A stretch of 64,000 nucleotides of DNA from Kiritimatiellia bacterium (GTDB taxonomy: Bacteria; Verrucomicrobiota; Kiritimatiellia; RFP12; UBA1067): NCBI GenBank assembly GCA_045599105.1, contig JAZRVL010000054.1:2670-66669 (forward strand), given 5' to 3'. The notes beneath the pieces were generated by a model that saw only the letters and a program-made list of their open reading frames with translations, ran no database searches and was not told the origin of the DNA. Shown here piece by piece: positions 1 through 10,031 of this stretch; within the stretch, counting starts at the first letter, position 1, and each line of letters starts with the position of its first letter. The position numbers and the translations under genes were made by a program.

Positions 1-1
1 T

Positions 2-334
2 CTTGAGCATGATGCTGATGAAGTGACACTTTCAACTGTCCATCAAGCCAAGGGAATGGAGTGGCCAGTAGTGATGGTGCCTTGGCTTTCGGAAGGAATG
101 TTTCCAAGCGGTAAGGCAACCGAAGAAGGTCGTATGGACGAAGAGCGACGCTTATTTTATGTAGCCCTTACTCGCGCTAAAGATCAACTTTACTTATATT
201 CACCACAAATTCGAAAAATGGCCGATGGTGGAGTATTTCCCGTCGAGCCTTCAATTTTCTTACAAGAGATACCTGAAGAATTATTGGAAGTGCGTCGTGC
301 ACTTTACAATCCGCTCATGATGAGGAGATGGTAA
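2..334 (+). CDS. UvrD/Rep/PcrA-type superfamily-1 DNA helicase, C-terminal fragment (5' part outside window)
   Basis: Frame is open from the window edge (LEHDADEVTLSTVHQAKGMEWPVV...ERRLFYVALTRAKDQLYLY). TxHxAKGxE and VAxTRA are helicase motif V/VI signatures of UvrD-like proteins. Confidence 0.8.
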   Translation, partial: LEHDADEVTLSTVHQAKGMEWPVVMVPWLSEGMFPSGKATEEGRMDEERRLFYVALTRAKDQLYLYSPQIRKMADGGVFPVEPSIFLQEIPEELLEVRRALYNPLMMRRW

Positions 335-335
335 A

Positions 336-1643
336 ATGGTCGCAAAATTAATCTTAGATAAAAAGCGTGAGGGTCGTGCATTGGGAAGCGCGGAGATTCG
401 TGAGTTTATCGACGGCTTTGTTAAAGGAGAGATTCCTGATTACCAAATGAGCGCATTGGCCATGGCGATTTGTTGTAAGGGGATGAACGAACGCGAGACG
501 GCGGATCTTACCGATGCGATGATGCGTTCAGGCGCGATGTTGGAGTGGAAGGATTTGAATGAACCGACGGCGGATAAGCACTCAACGGGCGGTGTTGGCG
601 ACAAGCTCTCATTGATCATCCAACCACTTGCAGCAGCATGTGGAGTTGCGGTTCCCTCGCTTACGGGACGTGGGTTAGGAATTACTGGCGGAACTGCGGA
701 TAAACTTGAAACTATTCCTGGATATAATGCGTCGCTTACTTTAGAAGAATATAAGCGCGTTGTTGCGGAAGTTGGTTGCTCAATGACCGTGCAGACATCT
801 GAGATTTGTCCTGCCGACAAAAAGCTTTATGCACTAAGAGATGTAACTGGCACGGTCACTTCTATTCCACTTATTTGTGGTTCGATTCTCTCGAAGAAGT
901 GGGCAGAGGGTGCAGAAACGCTCGTCTTTGATGTAAAAACAGGTGTAGGCGCGTTCATGAAGACGACTGACGAGGCGCGGGCGCTTGCCAGTGCCATGGT
1001 CGGTGCTTCTAAAGCGGCAGGACGAAAGGCTGCCGCATTAGTAACGGATATGAACTCGCCTTTGGGCTATGCAGTTGGTAATGCCAATGAAGTTGAAGAG
1101 GCGATCAAGATTTTGCGGGGTGAAGGTGAAGCGGGGCTTAAACGAATTACCGAGCTTTGTATTGAGTTTGCTTCGCTCATGGTTTCACTTGCTAAAGATA
1201 TGCCACTTGAAGCGGCACGTACACTTTGCGATGATCGCCTTAAAGACGGCTTGGCATACGCAAAGTTTGAGGCGATGGTCAAAGCGCAAGGGGGAGATTT
1301 GGAACGATTTAACAATTTACTTACCAAGCCAACTTTTAAGTTTAGGATTCAGGCAATGAAGTCTGGCTATGTGAGTGCGATTGATGCGGAGAAGGTTGGA
1401 CGAGTTGCTTTGTCGCTTGGAGCGGGGCGTGAAAAAGCTGGAGACAAGATCGATCCTTTAGCAGGAATCACCCTTGCCGTACAGGTTGGTGATAAGGTGG
1501 CGGTTGGCGCACCTTTGGCAACTTTGGAGAAATCCTTCGATCCCGAAGGGCTTGAACGTGCAGCTGCCGAACTATATAAGGCGTTTGCTATTTCCACAGA
1601 AGCACCAGTAGTGGACGATCTTATTATTGAACGGATAAATTAA
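336..1643 (+). CDS. deoA: thymidine / pyrimidine-nucleoside phosphorylase
   Basis: 435 aa with the HSTGGVGDK motif and an LTGRGLGITGGTADKLE loop. Length and domain order are typical of the family. Confidence 0.9.
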   Translation: MVAKLILDKKREGRALGSAEIREFIDGFVKGEIPDYQMSALAMAICCKGMNERETADLTDAMMRSGAMLEWKDLNEPTADKHSTGGVGDKLSLIIQPLAAACGVAVPSLTGRGLGITGGTADKLETIPGYNASLTLEEYKRVVAEVGCSMTVQTSEICPADKKLYALRDVTGTVTSIPLICGSILSKKWAEGAETLVFDVKTGVGAFMKTTDEARALASAMVGASKAAGRKAAALVTDMNSPLGYAVGNANEVEEAIKILRGEGEAGLKRITELCIEFASLMVSLAKDMPLEAARTLCDDRLKDGLAYAKFEAMVKAQGGDLERFNNLLTKPTFKFRIQAMKSGYVSAIDAEKVGRVALSLGAGREKAGDKIDPLAGITLAVQVGDKVAVGAPLATLEKSFDPEGLERAAAELYKAFAISTEAPVVDDLIIERIN

Positions 1644-1656
1644 GGAGGTGACAACA

Positions 1657-3132
1657 ATGCACGGAATATTGCTTGCAATTTTAACGATAGTCAAGCTTTC
1701 GCCGAATGGTGAAAATGATATGACAGCGAAGTTTATGAGTGCAGTTAAGGATAATACCTTGATTCGATTGGCTGAGGGAACGTATCATTTTTATAATACC
1801 TCAGCAGCTCATCCTTCGTTTTATATTTCCAATCACGACCAGCCCATTCCTCGCACCGTGCAGCTCCCAATTACTGGGATAAAGAACTTAACGGTAAAAG
1901 CCGAAGGTAAAGGTGCAAAGTTTATCTTTCACGGTGAGTCACTGGGTATTTTGCTTATGGATACCAATAATATCATTTTGGAAAATATCGCAATAGATTG
2001 GGCGGAAACGACGGTTAGTGAGTCTAAGATTACCGCAATTAAAAGTGATGGGAGCTTTGACATCGAATGGGTAGTCAAGGGGTGTTATGAAGAAGCGTCA
2101 ATCAAGATGCTCTGGGACAAGGATACGAAATCCATTGTACCAGGGACGGGAGATAATTTCCGCAGGGAGAAAGCGAAGGTGGGCGACTATATCTCTTATC
2201 GTACAGGGCGCAGACCTGAGCCAGCGATTTGTCTATATCGCGCCAATCGCACCAAGATGGACAAGGTGTTTATCCATGCTGCACACGGCATGGGAGTGTT
2301 GGGGCAACGCTCGACGGATATCGCTTTTTTGAATGGTGGAGTTTGTCCGCGGCCGGGTTCAATTTGTTCGACTACGGCAGATGCTACGCATTTCTCAAAT
2401 TGCAAGGGCAAGATTGTCTTTAAGAACTCATACTTTGCGGGGATGATGGATGATGCGATCAACGTCCACTCGACTTGTCTCAGGATTGAGGAGAAGTTGG
2501 CCGACAATAAACTTCGTTGTCGCTATGTTCATGGGCAGTCAATTGGCTTCGAGACTTTCGCACCAGGCGAGATACTGCGTTTCATTAACGCTGAGACGTT
2601 AGAAACAGGTGCGGAGTCTAAAGTGATTGCCTTTGAAATGCCCAATCCGCGTACGGCAATTATTACTATCGATGATAAAGAAGCGCTTAATAGCTATAAA
2701 GTGGGCGATGCGGTGGAAAATGCTACTTGGCAGCCATCGGTGATTTTCTCGAGCAATAAAGTTGCGAATAACCGTGCACGGGGTACGCTTTTTACGACTA
2801 ATAAACCAGTCCTCATTGAGAGCAATGTCTTTGATCACGTTTCAGGAACGGCGATTTTGCTTGCCGGTGATGCAGCTGGATGGTACGAGTCAGGTGCGTG
2901 CCGAGATGTGACAATTAGAAACAACACCTTTATTGATTGCCTGACCTCGGGTTATCAATTTTGTGATGCGGTAATTACGGCTTATCCGATGGTGAAAAAC
3001 TTGAGGGCGCAAAAGAAGGCGTATCATGCCAATATTACGGTAGAGAAAAATACGTTTAATTGTCCAGGAAAGAAGCTCCAATCGTGGATTTCCACGGACA
3101 ATGTAGTTTGGCGTGACAATATTGAAAAATGA
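1657..3132 (+). CDS. right-handed parallel beta-helix protein, probable glycoside hydrolase or polysaccharide-active enzyme
   Basis: ~490 aa with repeated short beta-helix-like segments (NIILENIAIDW, DDAINVHS, NNRARGTLFTT, GTAILLAGD). AAGGAGG lies 8 nt before the ATG at 1657; the GTG at 1648 abuts the SD and is less likely. Confidence 0.55.
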   Translation: MHGILLAILTIVKLSPNGENDMTAKFMSAVKDNTLIRLAEGTYHFYNTSAAHPSFYISNHDQPIPRTVQLPITGIKNLTVKAEGKGAKFIFHGESLGILLMDTNNIILENIAIDWAETTVSESKITAIKSDGSFDIEWVVKGCYEEASIKMLWDKDTKSIVPGTGDNFRREKAKVGDYISYRTGRRPEPAICLYRANRTKMDKVFIHAAHGMGVLGQRSTDIAFLNGGVCPRPGSICSTTADATHFSNCKGKIVFKNSYFAGMMDDAINVHSTCLRIEEKLADNKLRCRYVHGQSIGFETFAPGEILRFINAETLETGAESKVIAFEMPNPRTAIITIDDKEALNSYKVGDAVENATWQPSVIFSSNKVANNRARGTLFTTNKPVLIESNVFDHVSGTAILLAGDAAGWYESGACRDVTIRNNTFIDCLTSGYQFCDAVITAYPMVKNLRAQKKAYHANITVEKNTFNCPGKKLQSWISTDNVVWRDNIEK

Positions 3133-3761
3133 TAAGAAAAAAATCTAGTCGAGCGGCAATTAGGGCAATTGCGCGGGAATACGAGCTAAAGCGGGCGGAG
3201 CTTACAGGAGGAGCGCCTAATCTGAAAAAGGGGCCACTTTTTTATGGGATGGTTATTTTTGTGTTGCTATTAGTGGGAGCTCTTATCCTTTCGGCGGCCA
3301 AGGATGGTAAATTGACGCTTAGCAAAGCACGAATTGAGCGTAATATGCTTAATGCGCGAAAGGCGATTGATTCGCTTTCGGTTGCGCTTGGGCGATATAA
3401 GTTTCATGTGGGAGATTATCCATCCAACGAGGAAGGCCTTAGAGTTTTGGCGCTTAAATCATACCCTAAAGTAGGGTGGGATGGACCGTACGTAAACCAT
3501 ATCGTCCCTGATCCTTGGGGCAACGAATATGTTTATGAGCAGCGCGAGGAGGGCGGATATCCCGTGCTTTACTCCAAGGGAGCGGATGGACGAGCAGGAA
3601 CGACAGATGATGTAATGCCCAATCAGGCGAAGTTTGATGAGCCATTTGAGGATACTACTTGGACGAATAATTGGGCGCCCTATCGTCTGCGTGGTATTGT
3701 TGTCGCCCCTGATGAAGCTACTAAAAAACGAGTACAAGCGGAAATGCAGGAATACGAGTAA
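3129..3761 (+). CDS. membrane-anchored protein with a type II secretion GspG-like (pseudopilin) globular domain
   Basis: The C-terminal part (GWDGPYVNHIVPDPWGNEYVY...YSKGADGRAGTTDDV) matches the T2SS-G domain pattern. There is one TM helix, but no G/FTLIE prepilin cleavage motif. The ATG overlaps the upstream stop (ATGA). Confidence 0.6.
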   Translation: MIRKKSSRAAIRAIAREYELKRAELTGGAPNLKKGPLFYGMVIFVLLLVGALILSAAKDGKLTLSKARIERNMLNARKAIDSLSVALGRYKFHVGDYPSNEEGLRVLALKSYPKVGWDGPYVNHIVPDPWGNEYVYEQREEGGYPVLYSKGADGRAGTTDDVMPNQAKFDEPFEDTTWTNNWAPYRLRGIVVAPDEATKKRVQAEMQEYE

Positions 3762-3787
3762 GTCGGGTGGCGAAGTTTGGGCAAATT

Positions 3788-3796
3788 TGGTATAAT
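3788..3796 (+). promoter_or_regulatory. extended -10 promoter element TGGTATAAT upstream of tkt
   Basis: Exact TGnTATAAT, 12 nt upstream of the ATG at 3809. Confidence 0.5.
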
Positions 3797-3808
3797 GCCC
3801 CTTACATT

Positions 3809-5758
3809 ATGAAACTGACTGATACAGAATTCAAATTGGTAGCGAATACGATTCGCTGTTTGTGCGCAGATATGATTGAAAAGGCCGCCTCTGGTCATCC
3901 AGGAGCGGCCATGGGGATGGCGGATCTCGCAAGTGTCCTTTGGCTTAAACATCTTAATGTTGACCCCAAAGATCCTAAGTGGGCGGAGCGTGATCGCCTT
4001 GTATTTTCAGGCGGGCATGCATCATCTTTAGTTTATGCGCTATTTCATCTTTCAGGGATGGGCTCGCTTACGATGGATGAGCTCAAGAGTTTCCGTCAAT
4101 TTGGCTCACGTTGCGCAGGACATCCTGAGCGTGGACTTATGCCTGGCGTGGAAGTGACGACTGGCCCATTGGGGCAAGGCATTGCGATGGGTATTGGACT
4201 TGCTCTTGCCGCTAAGAAAACTGCAGTTAACAATAAGACGTGGGTATTTTGTGGTGATGGCGATTTAGAAGAGGGTATCAGCCACGAGGTTTGCAGTTGG
4301 GCAGGTGCGATGAAGATCGATGATCTTATTCTCGTCTACGACTCCAATCATATTACCATTGAGGGTGACACTAAGCTCGCAATGGCGGACGATACTAAAA
4401 AGCGTTTTCAGAGCTATGGTTGGAAAGTGTTTGAAGTTGATGGACACGACCACAGGGCGATTGATGCTATTTATCGTCGTGCGAAGAAAGTAACTGGTCA
4501 ACCCGTTATCATTATTGCTTCGACCCATATTGGATTTGGCGCGCCTACTAAGCAAGATACTGCTGATTGTCACGGTGCACCGCTCGGCGCAGAGGAAGTC
4601 GTTGGCGCTAAGCGTGCGTTGGGCTTTGATCCTGAAAAGAGCTTTTATGTGCCAGATGAAGTGTATGCGCTTTTTGCTACGCGTACAGCCAAATGTCATC
4701 GGTTGCGCAATAAATCGGTCAAGGCGACTAAGCTTAATGGTGCTAAGGTAAACTTCCCGACCAAGGCGGAAATTTTAAAGATGCTTCCTGCATTTGACCC
4801 TGCTAAACCTGTGGCAACACGCTCAGCTTGTGGCTCGGTTATGAATGCGATTGCACCAATCATTCCAGGACTCATTGGCGGAAGTGCGGATTTAGGGCCG
4901 TCAAACAAGACCATTTTGAAGGGTTTGGGCGATATCGCGTCAGGTTCATTTACTGGTCGCAATATTCACTTTGGTATTCGTGAGCTTGGAATGTCTGCAA
5001 TCATTAACGGCATTACTGCTTTTGATGAGTCGTTTAGGGCGTATGGAGCGACATTCTTTGTGTTCTCCGATTATTGCCGTCCTGCAATTCGATTGGCGGC
5101 GCTGATGTGCATTCCGTCAATTTATATCTTCTCCCATGACAGTTATTGCGTGGGTGAGGATGGTCCTACGCATGAGCCAGTGGAGCATTTGGCCGCTTTA
5201 AGAGCTATGCCCAATGTTATGACTTGGCGTCCAGCCGATGCAAATGAGACAGCGTTTGCTTGGGCGGAGATTCTTGAGCACAAGACAGGACCGAGTTGCT
5301 TATTGACTACGCGTCAAAACGTGCCACTTTTGGAGGGTGTAAACGCCGAAGGTGTGGCCAAGGGTGGATATGCGATTTACCAGGCGGGCGAGCAAACCAA
5401 AGATACGATTCTTTTCCTTGCAACGGGCTCGGAAGTGTATTTGGCAATTGAAGCAGCCAAGCGGCTTTGGAAAGAGGACGGTCAGTCGGTTAGAGTGGCA
5501 TCATTTCCCTGCGTGGAACGTTTTCATCGGGAAACGACCTCTGAATATCGTTGCTTTGTGCTTCCGCAAGAGATGCATAAGCGGGTGATTGTGGAGGCAG
5601 GTACTCGCTTTGGGCTGGATCGCTTTAGGATTGATTTTCGTTCCACGAGTTATGTAACTTTAGATCACTATGGTGCTTCTGCACCTTACAAGGTGCTTTC
5701 GGAAGCATTTGGCTTTACGGTGGACAACGTTTATAAAGCGGCTAAGGAATTGATGTAA
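3809..5758 (+). CDS. tkt: transketolase
   Basis: Contains SGHPGAAMGMAD and GDGDLEEGISHE (TPP-binding) motifs. ~650 aa. The start is taken at MKLTDTEF, downstream of the promoter box. Confidence 0.93.
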   Translation: MKLTDTEFKLVANTIRCLCADMIEKAASGHPGAAMGMADLASVLWLKHLNVDPKDPKWAERDRLVFSGGHASSLVYALFHLSGMGSLTMDELKSFRQFGSRCAGHPERGLMPGVEVTTGPLGQGIAMGIGLALAAKKTAVNNKTWVFCGDGDLEEGISHEVCSWAGAMKIDDLILVYDSNHITIEGDTKLAMADDTKKRFQSYGWKVFEVDGHDHRAIDAIYRRAKKVTGQPVIIIASTHIGFGAPTKQDTADCHGAPLGAEEVVGAKRALGFDPEKSFYVPDEVYALFATRTAKCHRLRNKSVKATKLNGAKVNFPTKAEILKMLPAFDPAKPVATRSACGSVMNAIAPIIPGLIGGSADLGPSNKTILKGLGDIASGSFTGRNIHFGIRELGMSAIINGITAFDESFRAYGATFFVFSDYCRPAIRLAALMCIPSIYIFSHDSYCVGEDGPTHEPVEHLAALRAMPNVMTWRPADANETAFAWAEILEHKTGPSCLLTTRQNVPLLEGVNAEGVAKGGYAIYQAGEQTKDTILFLATGSEVYLAIEAAKRLWKEDGQSVRVASFPCVERFHRETTSEYRCFVLPQEMHKRVIVEAGTRFGLDRFRIDFRSTSYVTLDHYGASAPYKVLSEAFGFTVDNVYKAAKELM

Positions 5759-5759
5759 A

Positions 5760-7115
5760 ATGAATGAGCTTTTGGCGATAAGTCCAATCGATGGACGCTA
5801 TGCATCAAAGTGTGCGGAGTTGACCGAAATCTTTTCGGAGTTTGGTTTAATTCGTCGGCGTGTACTTGTGGAGTGTGCGTGGTTGGAAGCGCTTTGTGAT
5901 GAAAAGCGAATTAAGGAGTGTAAAGCGCTTTCTATGGCGGAGCGTAAAATGCTTCATCAAATTGCGGATAATTTCTCGGTCAAAGATGCTGAGCGCGTAA
6001 AGGCAATTGAAAAGACGACTAATCACGATGTGAAGGCGGTTGAGTACTTTTTGAAAGAGAAGGTTGCCAAAACTTCACTTGCCAAACGCAGTGAGTTTAT
6101 TCACTTTGGTTGTACGAGCGAGGACATTAATAATATGTCGCATGCATTAATGCTTCGCGATGGAAAGCGGGTTATCCGCTCGGCAATGGACTCAATGACG
6201 CGGACGATTGTGCAAATGGCCAAGCGTTATGCCAAAGTACCAATGCTTGCGCATACTCACGGTCAGCCGGCTTCGCCAACAACAGTTGGTAAGGAGCTCG
6301 CAGTAGTTAGCCAGCGACTTAAACGTCAGGCAGCCGAGATTGATCGCTTGGTGATGCCTGCCAAGATGAATGGCGCAGTAGGTAACTTTAATGCACATCT
6401 TTCGGCGTATCCCGAGGTTAATTGGGAGAAACTTGCCAACAAGGTTATTACTTCACTTAAGCTTCGTCAAAATCGGCTCACGACGCAGATTGAGTCGCAC
6501 GATGGAATTGCTGAGCTCTTTGATGCGATAGCGCGTTGGAATGGTGTGCTTTTGGACTTTGATCGCGATGTATGGATGTATGTTTCAATGGGTTACTTTA
6601 AACAGCGTACAATTAAAGGCGAGATTGGCTCGTCAACGATGCCACATAAAGTAAATCCAATTGACTTTGAAAACTCCGAAGGTAATTTAGGCTTGGCCAA
6701 TGCAGTATTGGGCTTTATGGCGCGCAAACTCCAAATTTCGCGGATGCAACGCGATCTTACGGATTCGACGACTTTGCGGAATATGGGCGTGGGATTTGGC
6801 TATACGCTCATTGCGATTCGCTCAACAGAGAGGGGTCTTGGTAAGTTGGAGCTCAATCGTGAGCGGCTTATGGACGACTTAGATCATAATTGGGAAGTTC
6901 TCGCTGAGCCCATTCAAACCGTGATGCGAAAAGTTGGGATGGACCATCCTTATGAGCGGCTCAAAGAACTTACTCGCGGACGAAGGGTGAATGCCGAGAT
7001 AATGCGCGAGTTTGTAAAAGTTTTACCCTTGCCCAAGTTGGATAAGGAGCGGCTACTTAAACTTACGCCAGCGAGTTACACAGGAATTGCATCAGCGTTG
7101 GCCCGTCTTGCCTAA
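5760..7115 (+). CDS. purB: adenylosuccinate lyase
   Basis: 451 aa. N-terminus SPIDGRYASK, and the fumarate-lyase signature region GSSTMPHKVNP. Confidence 0.93.
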   Translation: MNELLAISPIDGRYASKCAELTEIFSEFGLIRRRVLVECAWLEALCDEKRIKECKALSMAERKMLHQIADNFSVKDAERVKAIEKTTNHDVKAVEYFLKEKVAKTSLAKRSEFIHFGCTSEDINNMSHALMLRDGKRVIRSAMDSMTRTIVQMAKRYAKVPMLAHTHGQPASPTTVGKELAVVSQRLKRQAAEIDRLVMPAKMNGAVGNFNAHLSAYPEVNWEKLANKVITSLKLRQNRLTTQIESHDGIAELFDAIARWNGVLLDFDRDVWMYVSMGYFKQRTIKGEIGSSTMPHKVNPIDFENSEGNLGLANAVLGFMARKLQISRMQRDLTDSTTLRNMGVGFGYTLIAIRSTERGLGKLELNRERLMDDLDHNWEVLAEPIQTVMRKVGMDHPYERLKELTRGRRVNAEIMREFVKVLPLPKLDKERLLKLTPASYTGIASALARLA

Positions 7116-7134
7116 AGGCACAAGGAGGCAGAAA

Positions 7135-8154
7135 ATGACCTTGGATGAACTTGAAAATGCGAAAGCAAAGAGCTTAGAAGAGCTCAAGAGCGCAAAAGAC
7201 TTGGCGGCAGTTGAACTTTTGCGGGTTAAGTATGTTGGTCGCAATGGTTCGATTCCTGCACTCATTAAGGCAATGAAGGATGTTCCTAAAGATGAGCGTC
7301 CAGCATTTGGCAAAGCGGTGCAATTATGGAAGGCGGAGTTTGAAGCAGCGCTCAACGAGAAATCAACATCAGGCGTTAGCGAAAAGAAATTTTCAGGCGA
7401 TTTGACCTTGCCGGGAAGATGGTGGCAACTCGGGGTTAAGCATCCGCTTTCGCGGGTCATAGAGGAGACGGCGGCAATTTTTGCGCGGCTTGGCTTTACG
7501 GTTGCAGACGGCCCTGAATTGGAAAATAAGTTCAACAATTTTACGGCGCTCAACACCCCGCCACATCATCCGTCAATGGATCGAAGCGATACTTTTTGGT
7601 TTGGTGAAGATTGTCTTTTACGTACTCAGACCTCGCCCGTACAGATTCGGACGATGATGGGTAATAAGCCACCGATTAGAGTTATTTGTCCTGGTCGTAC
7701 TTATCGGCGCGACACGACAGATGCTACGCATTCAGCTAACTTTCATCAGATTGAAGGGCTTTATGTGGATTATACGGACACCAAGCCAGTTTCGCTCGCA
7801 GATTTAAAGAGCGTCTTGGCGTATTTTGCCAAAGAAATGATGGGTGATGGAGTTACAGTACGTTTTCGTCCACATTTCTTCCCGTTTACCGAACCTTCAG
7901 TCGAAGTCGATTTTACTTGCCATGTTTGCAAAGGCAAGGGCTGCAATGTATGTAAGCAATCAGGTTGGATTGAAGTTGCGGGTGCAGGGATGGTAGACCC
8001 AAGAGTATTTCAGCACGTTGGTTATGATCCTGAGAAAGTTTCGGGCTATGCGTTTGGCTTTGGCGTTGAACGAATTGCGATGATTAAATACGGAATACCT
8101 GATATTCGTTGGCTATACGAAAACGACATTCGATTCTTGAGCCAGCTGGGCTAA
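7135..8154 (+). CDS. pheS: phenylalanine--tRNA ligase alpha subunit
   Basis: Class II aaRS motifs (FHQIEG, GFGVERIAM). AAGGAGG SD before the ATG at 7135. No pheT gene follows. Confidence 0.92.
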   Translation: MTLDELENAKAKSLEELKSAKDLAAVELLRVKYVGRNGSIPALIKAMKDVPKDERPAFGKAVQLWKAEFEAALNEKSTSGVSEKKFSGDLTLPGRWWQLGVKHPLSRVIEETAAIFARLGFTVADGPELENKFNNFTALNTPPHHPSMDRSDTFWFGEDCLLRTQTSPVQIRTMMGNKPPIRVICPGRTYRRDTTDATHSANFHQIEGLYVDYTDTKPVSLADLKSVLAYFAKEMMGDGVTVRFRPHFFPFTEPSVEVDFTCHVCKGKGCNVCKQSGWIEVAGAGMVDPRVFQHVGYDPEKVSGYAFGFGVERIAMIKYGIPDIRWLYENDIRFLSQLG

Positions 8155-8172
8155 GATAAGCGAGGTGCACCC

Positions 8173-9117
8173 ATGATGACAATCTATCGCTGGGAAACTG
8201 GAGGGCTTAAAGAGGCCTCGGAGTTCTCTCCATCATGTTGGATAAATCTCGTCGATCCGACGACTACTGAATTGGAAGCGGTTTTAACGCATTCTCGAGT
8301 ACCGCGTGACTTTTTAACCGATCCGTTGGATGCGGGCGAACGTCCGCGTTTTGACTCTGAAGATGGTGCGACCTTGCTTATTGTGCATGTGCCTCATTTA
8401 ATTGAGGATGATGATAGTGTCATTCCGTATCGTACGGTGCCACTGGGTATTATTCTTTTTAATCAAACGGTAATTACGGTTTGCAGTGTGCCTACTCCAG
8501 TTACGACGGCTTTCTTGGATCAAATTCGTCGAGTTTGCCCACCTTCGGATAGCTATCGTTTTGCGTTTCGACTTTTGTGGCACGCAGGGGTGCTTTTCTT
8601 GCGTTACATTAACGACATTCATTCGCGTACAGTTGTATTGGAAGATGAGCTTCATGAGTCAATTTCTAATTCAGCGCTCTTAAAACTCTTCCAAATCGAA
8701 AAGACTTTTGTTTACTTCACTACTTCGCTCAAAGCTGATACTATCGCACTTGCGCGTGCCAATACGGCGCGACAAATTACGCTATCCGAAGATGATCGAG
8801 ATTACTTGGAGGATGCAATGGTTGAATATCAGCAAGCGTTGGAGACTGCGACTATTCACGCAAACATTTTGAATGGTACTTTGGATACTTTTGCCTCGTT
8901 GATTAACAACAACCTCAACAATGTGATGAAGTACCTAACGGCGGCAACGATTATGCTGGCGGTGCCGACTTTGATCGCTTCGCTTTATGGTATGAATATT
9001 TCGCTTCCTTTTCAGTCCAATATTCATGCTTTTTCCATTGTGATGGGGATATCGGGATTGTTGACGGTCCTCATTGGTGCGGTATTTTTCGTGCTTTCGC
9101 GTAAGCGTAAATTCTAA
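8173..9117 (+). CDS. corA: CorA-family magnesium/cobalt transporter
   Basis: Two C-terminal TM helices preceded by YGMNI (a YGMNF-type CorA signature). 314 aa. Confidence 0.85.
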   Translation: MMTIYRWETGGLKEASEFSPSCWINLVDPTTTELEAVLTHSRVPRDFLTDPLDAGERPRFDSEDGATLLIVHVPHLIEDDDSVIPYRTVPLGIILFNQTVITVCSVPTPVTTAFLDQIRRVCPPSDSYRFAFRLLWHAGVLFLRYINDIHSRTVVLEDELHESISNSALLKLFQIEKTFVYFTTSLKADTIALARANTARQITLSEDDRDYLEDAMVEYQQALETATIHANILNGTLDTFASLINNNLNNVMKYLTAATIMLAVPTLIASLYGMNISLPFQSNIHAFSIVMGISGLLTVLIGAVFFVLSRKRKF

Positions 9118-10031
9118 TGGGCGGCGCAAAGGGTTTGTCCTTGATGAGTGGAGGGTTGGATAGCCAACTCGCTATTCGTTTACTTGAGCATGCAGGCGCT
9201 CAGGTGGAGGCGATTGTCTTTGAAAGTCCGTTTTTTGATTCAACGAGTGCGCGTAAGGCGGCTACGAATCTTGGGATAAAGTTGCATGTTATTGATTTTC
9301 TTAAGGACGAACTTGGACTAATTAAGAATCCGCCTCATGGTTTTGGTGGAGCGATGAATCCGTGCATTGATTGCCACGCGCTGATGATTAAACGTGCAGG
9401 GGAATTGATGAATGAACTTGGCTATGATTTTGTTGCGACTGGTGAGGTGCAAGGTCAGCGGCCAATGAGTCAAAACCGTCAATCACTTGCGGTAGTAGAA
9501 AAGTCTTCGGGCATGAAAGGTCGACTTGTTCGACCACTTTCAGCAAAACTACTTGAACCAACCATTCCCGAAATTGAAGGCAAGATCAATCGGGATAAGC
9601 TTTTAGATATTTCAGGGCGTGGTCGAGAACGGCAAATTGCGCTCGCAGAAGAATTTGGAATAGTTGACTATCCATCGCCTGCGGGCGGTTGTAAACTTAC
9701 GGAAACTGGGTTTTGTAACAAGCTTAAAGATCTCATGGATCACGAGGGTTTTGATGAGCTTGCACTCGTACGGCTTTTGCCAATTGGTCGTCGTTTTCGA
9801 CTTAAAGACGGAAGCAGTCTGCTTTTAGGGCGCGATCAAAGGGAAAATGCAATTTTACGGGACTATCAGCGTAACTCAACGGTGATTGAGTTTTCAGATT
9901 TGCCAGGGCCTACCGCAATGATTCCATCGCTTAAGAGCGCTGAGGACCTCATAGTTGCACACCAAATTGTGAAGGCGTGGTCGCGCGGTGGTACGGGGCG
10001 TGAAAGATTTAAGGAGTATCAATTATGTTAG
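9117..10031 (+). CDS. PP-loop ATP pyrophosphatase, ThiI/MnmA-like tRNA thiolation family
   Basis: N-terminal SGGLDS PP-loop and a conserved CIDCH pair. ~300 aa. Confidence 0.65.
   Translation: MGGAKGLSLMSGGLDSQLAIRLLEHAGAQVEAIVFESPFFDSTSARKAATNLGIKLHVIDFLKDELGLIKNPPHGFGGAMNPCIDCHALMIKRAGELMNELGYDFVATGEVQGQRPMSQNRQSLAVVEKSSGMKGRLVRPLSAKLLEPTIPEIEGKINRDKLLDISGRGRERQIALAEEFGIVDYPSPAGGCKLTETGFCNKLKDLMDHEGFDELALVRLLPIGRRFRLKDGSSLLLGRDQRENAILRDYQRNSTVIEFSDLPGPTAMIPSLKSAEDLIVAHQIVKAWSRGGTGRERFKEYQLC

Noticed and set aside
7092-7556. 154-aa minus-strand ORF, and similar 60-140-aa antisense ORFs throughout the housekeeping genes
   Set aside because: They lie entirely inside well-supported genes on the other strand, and have no RBS and no motifs.
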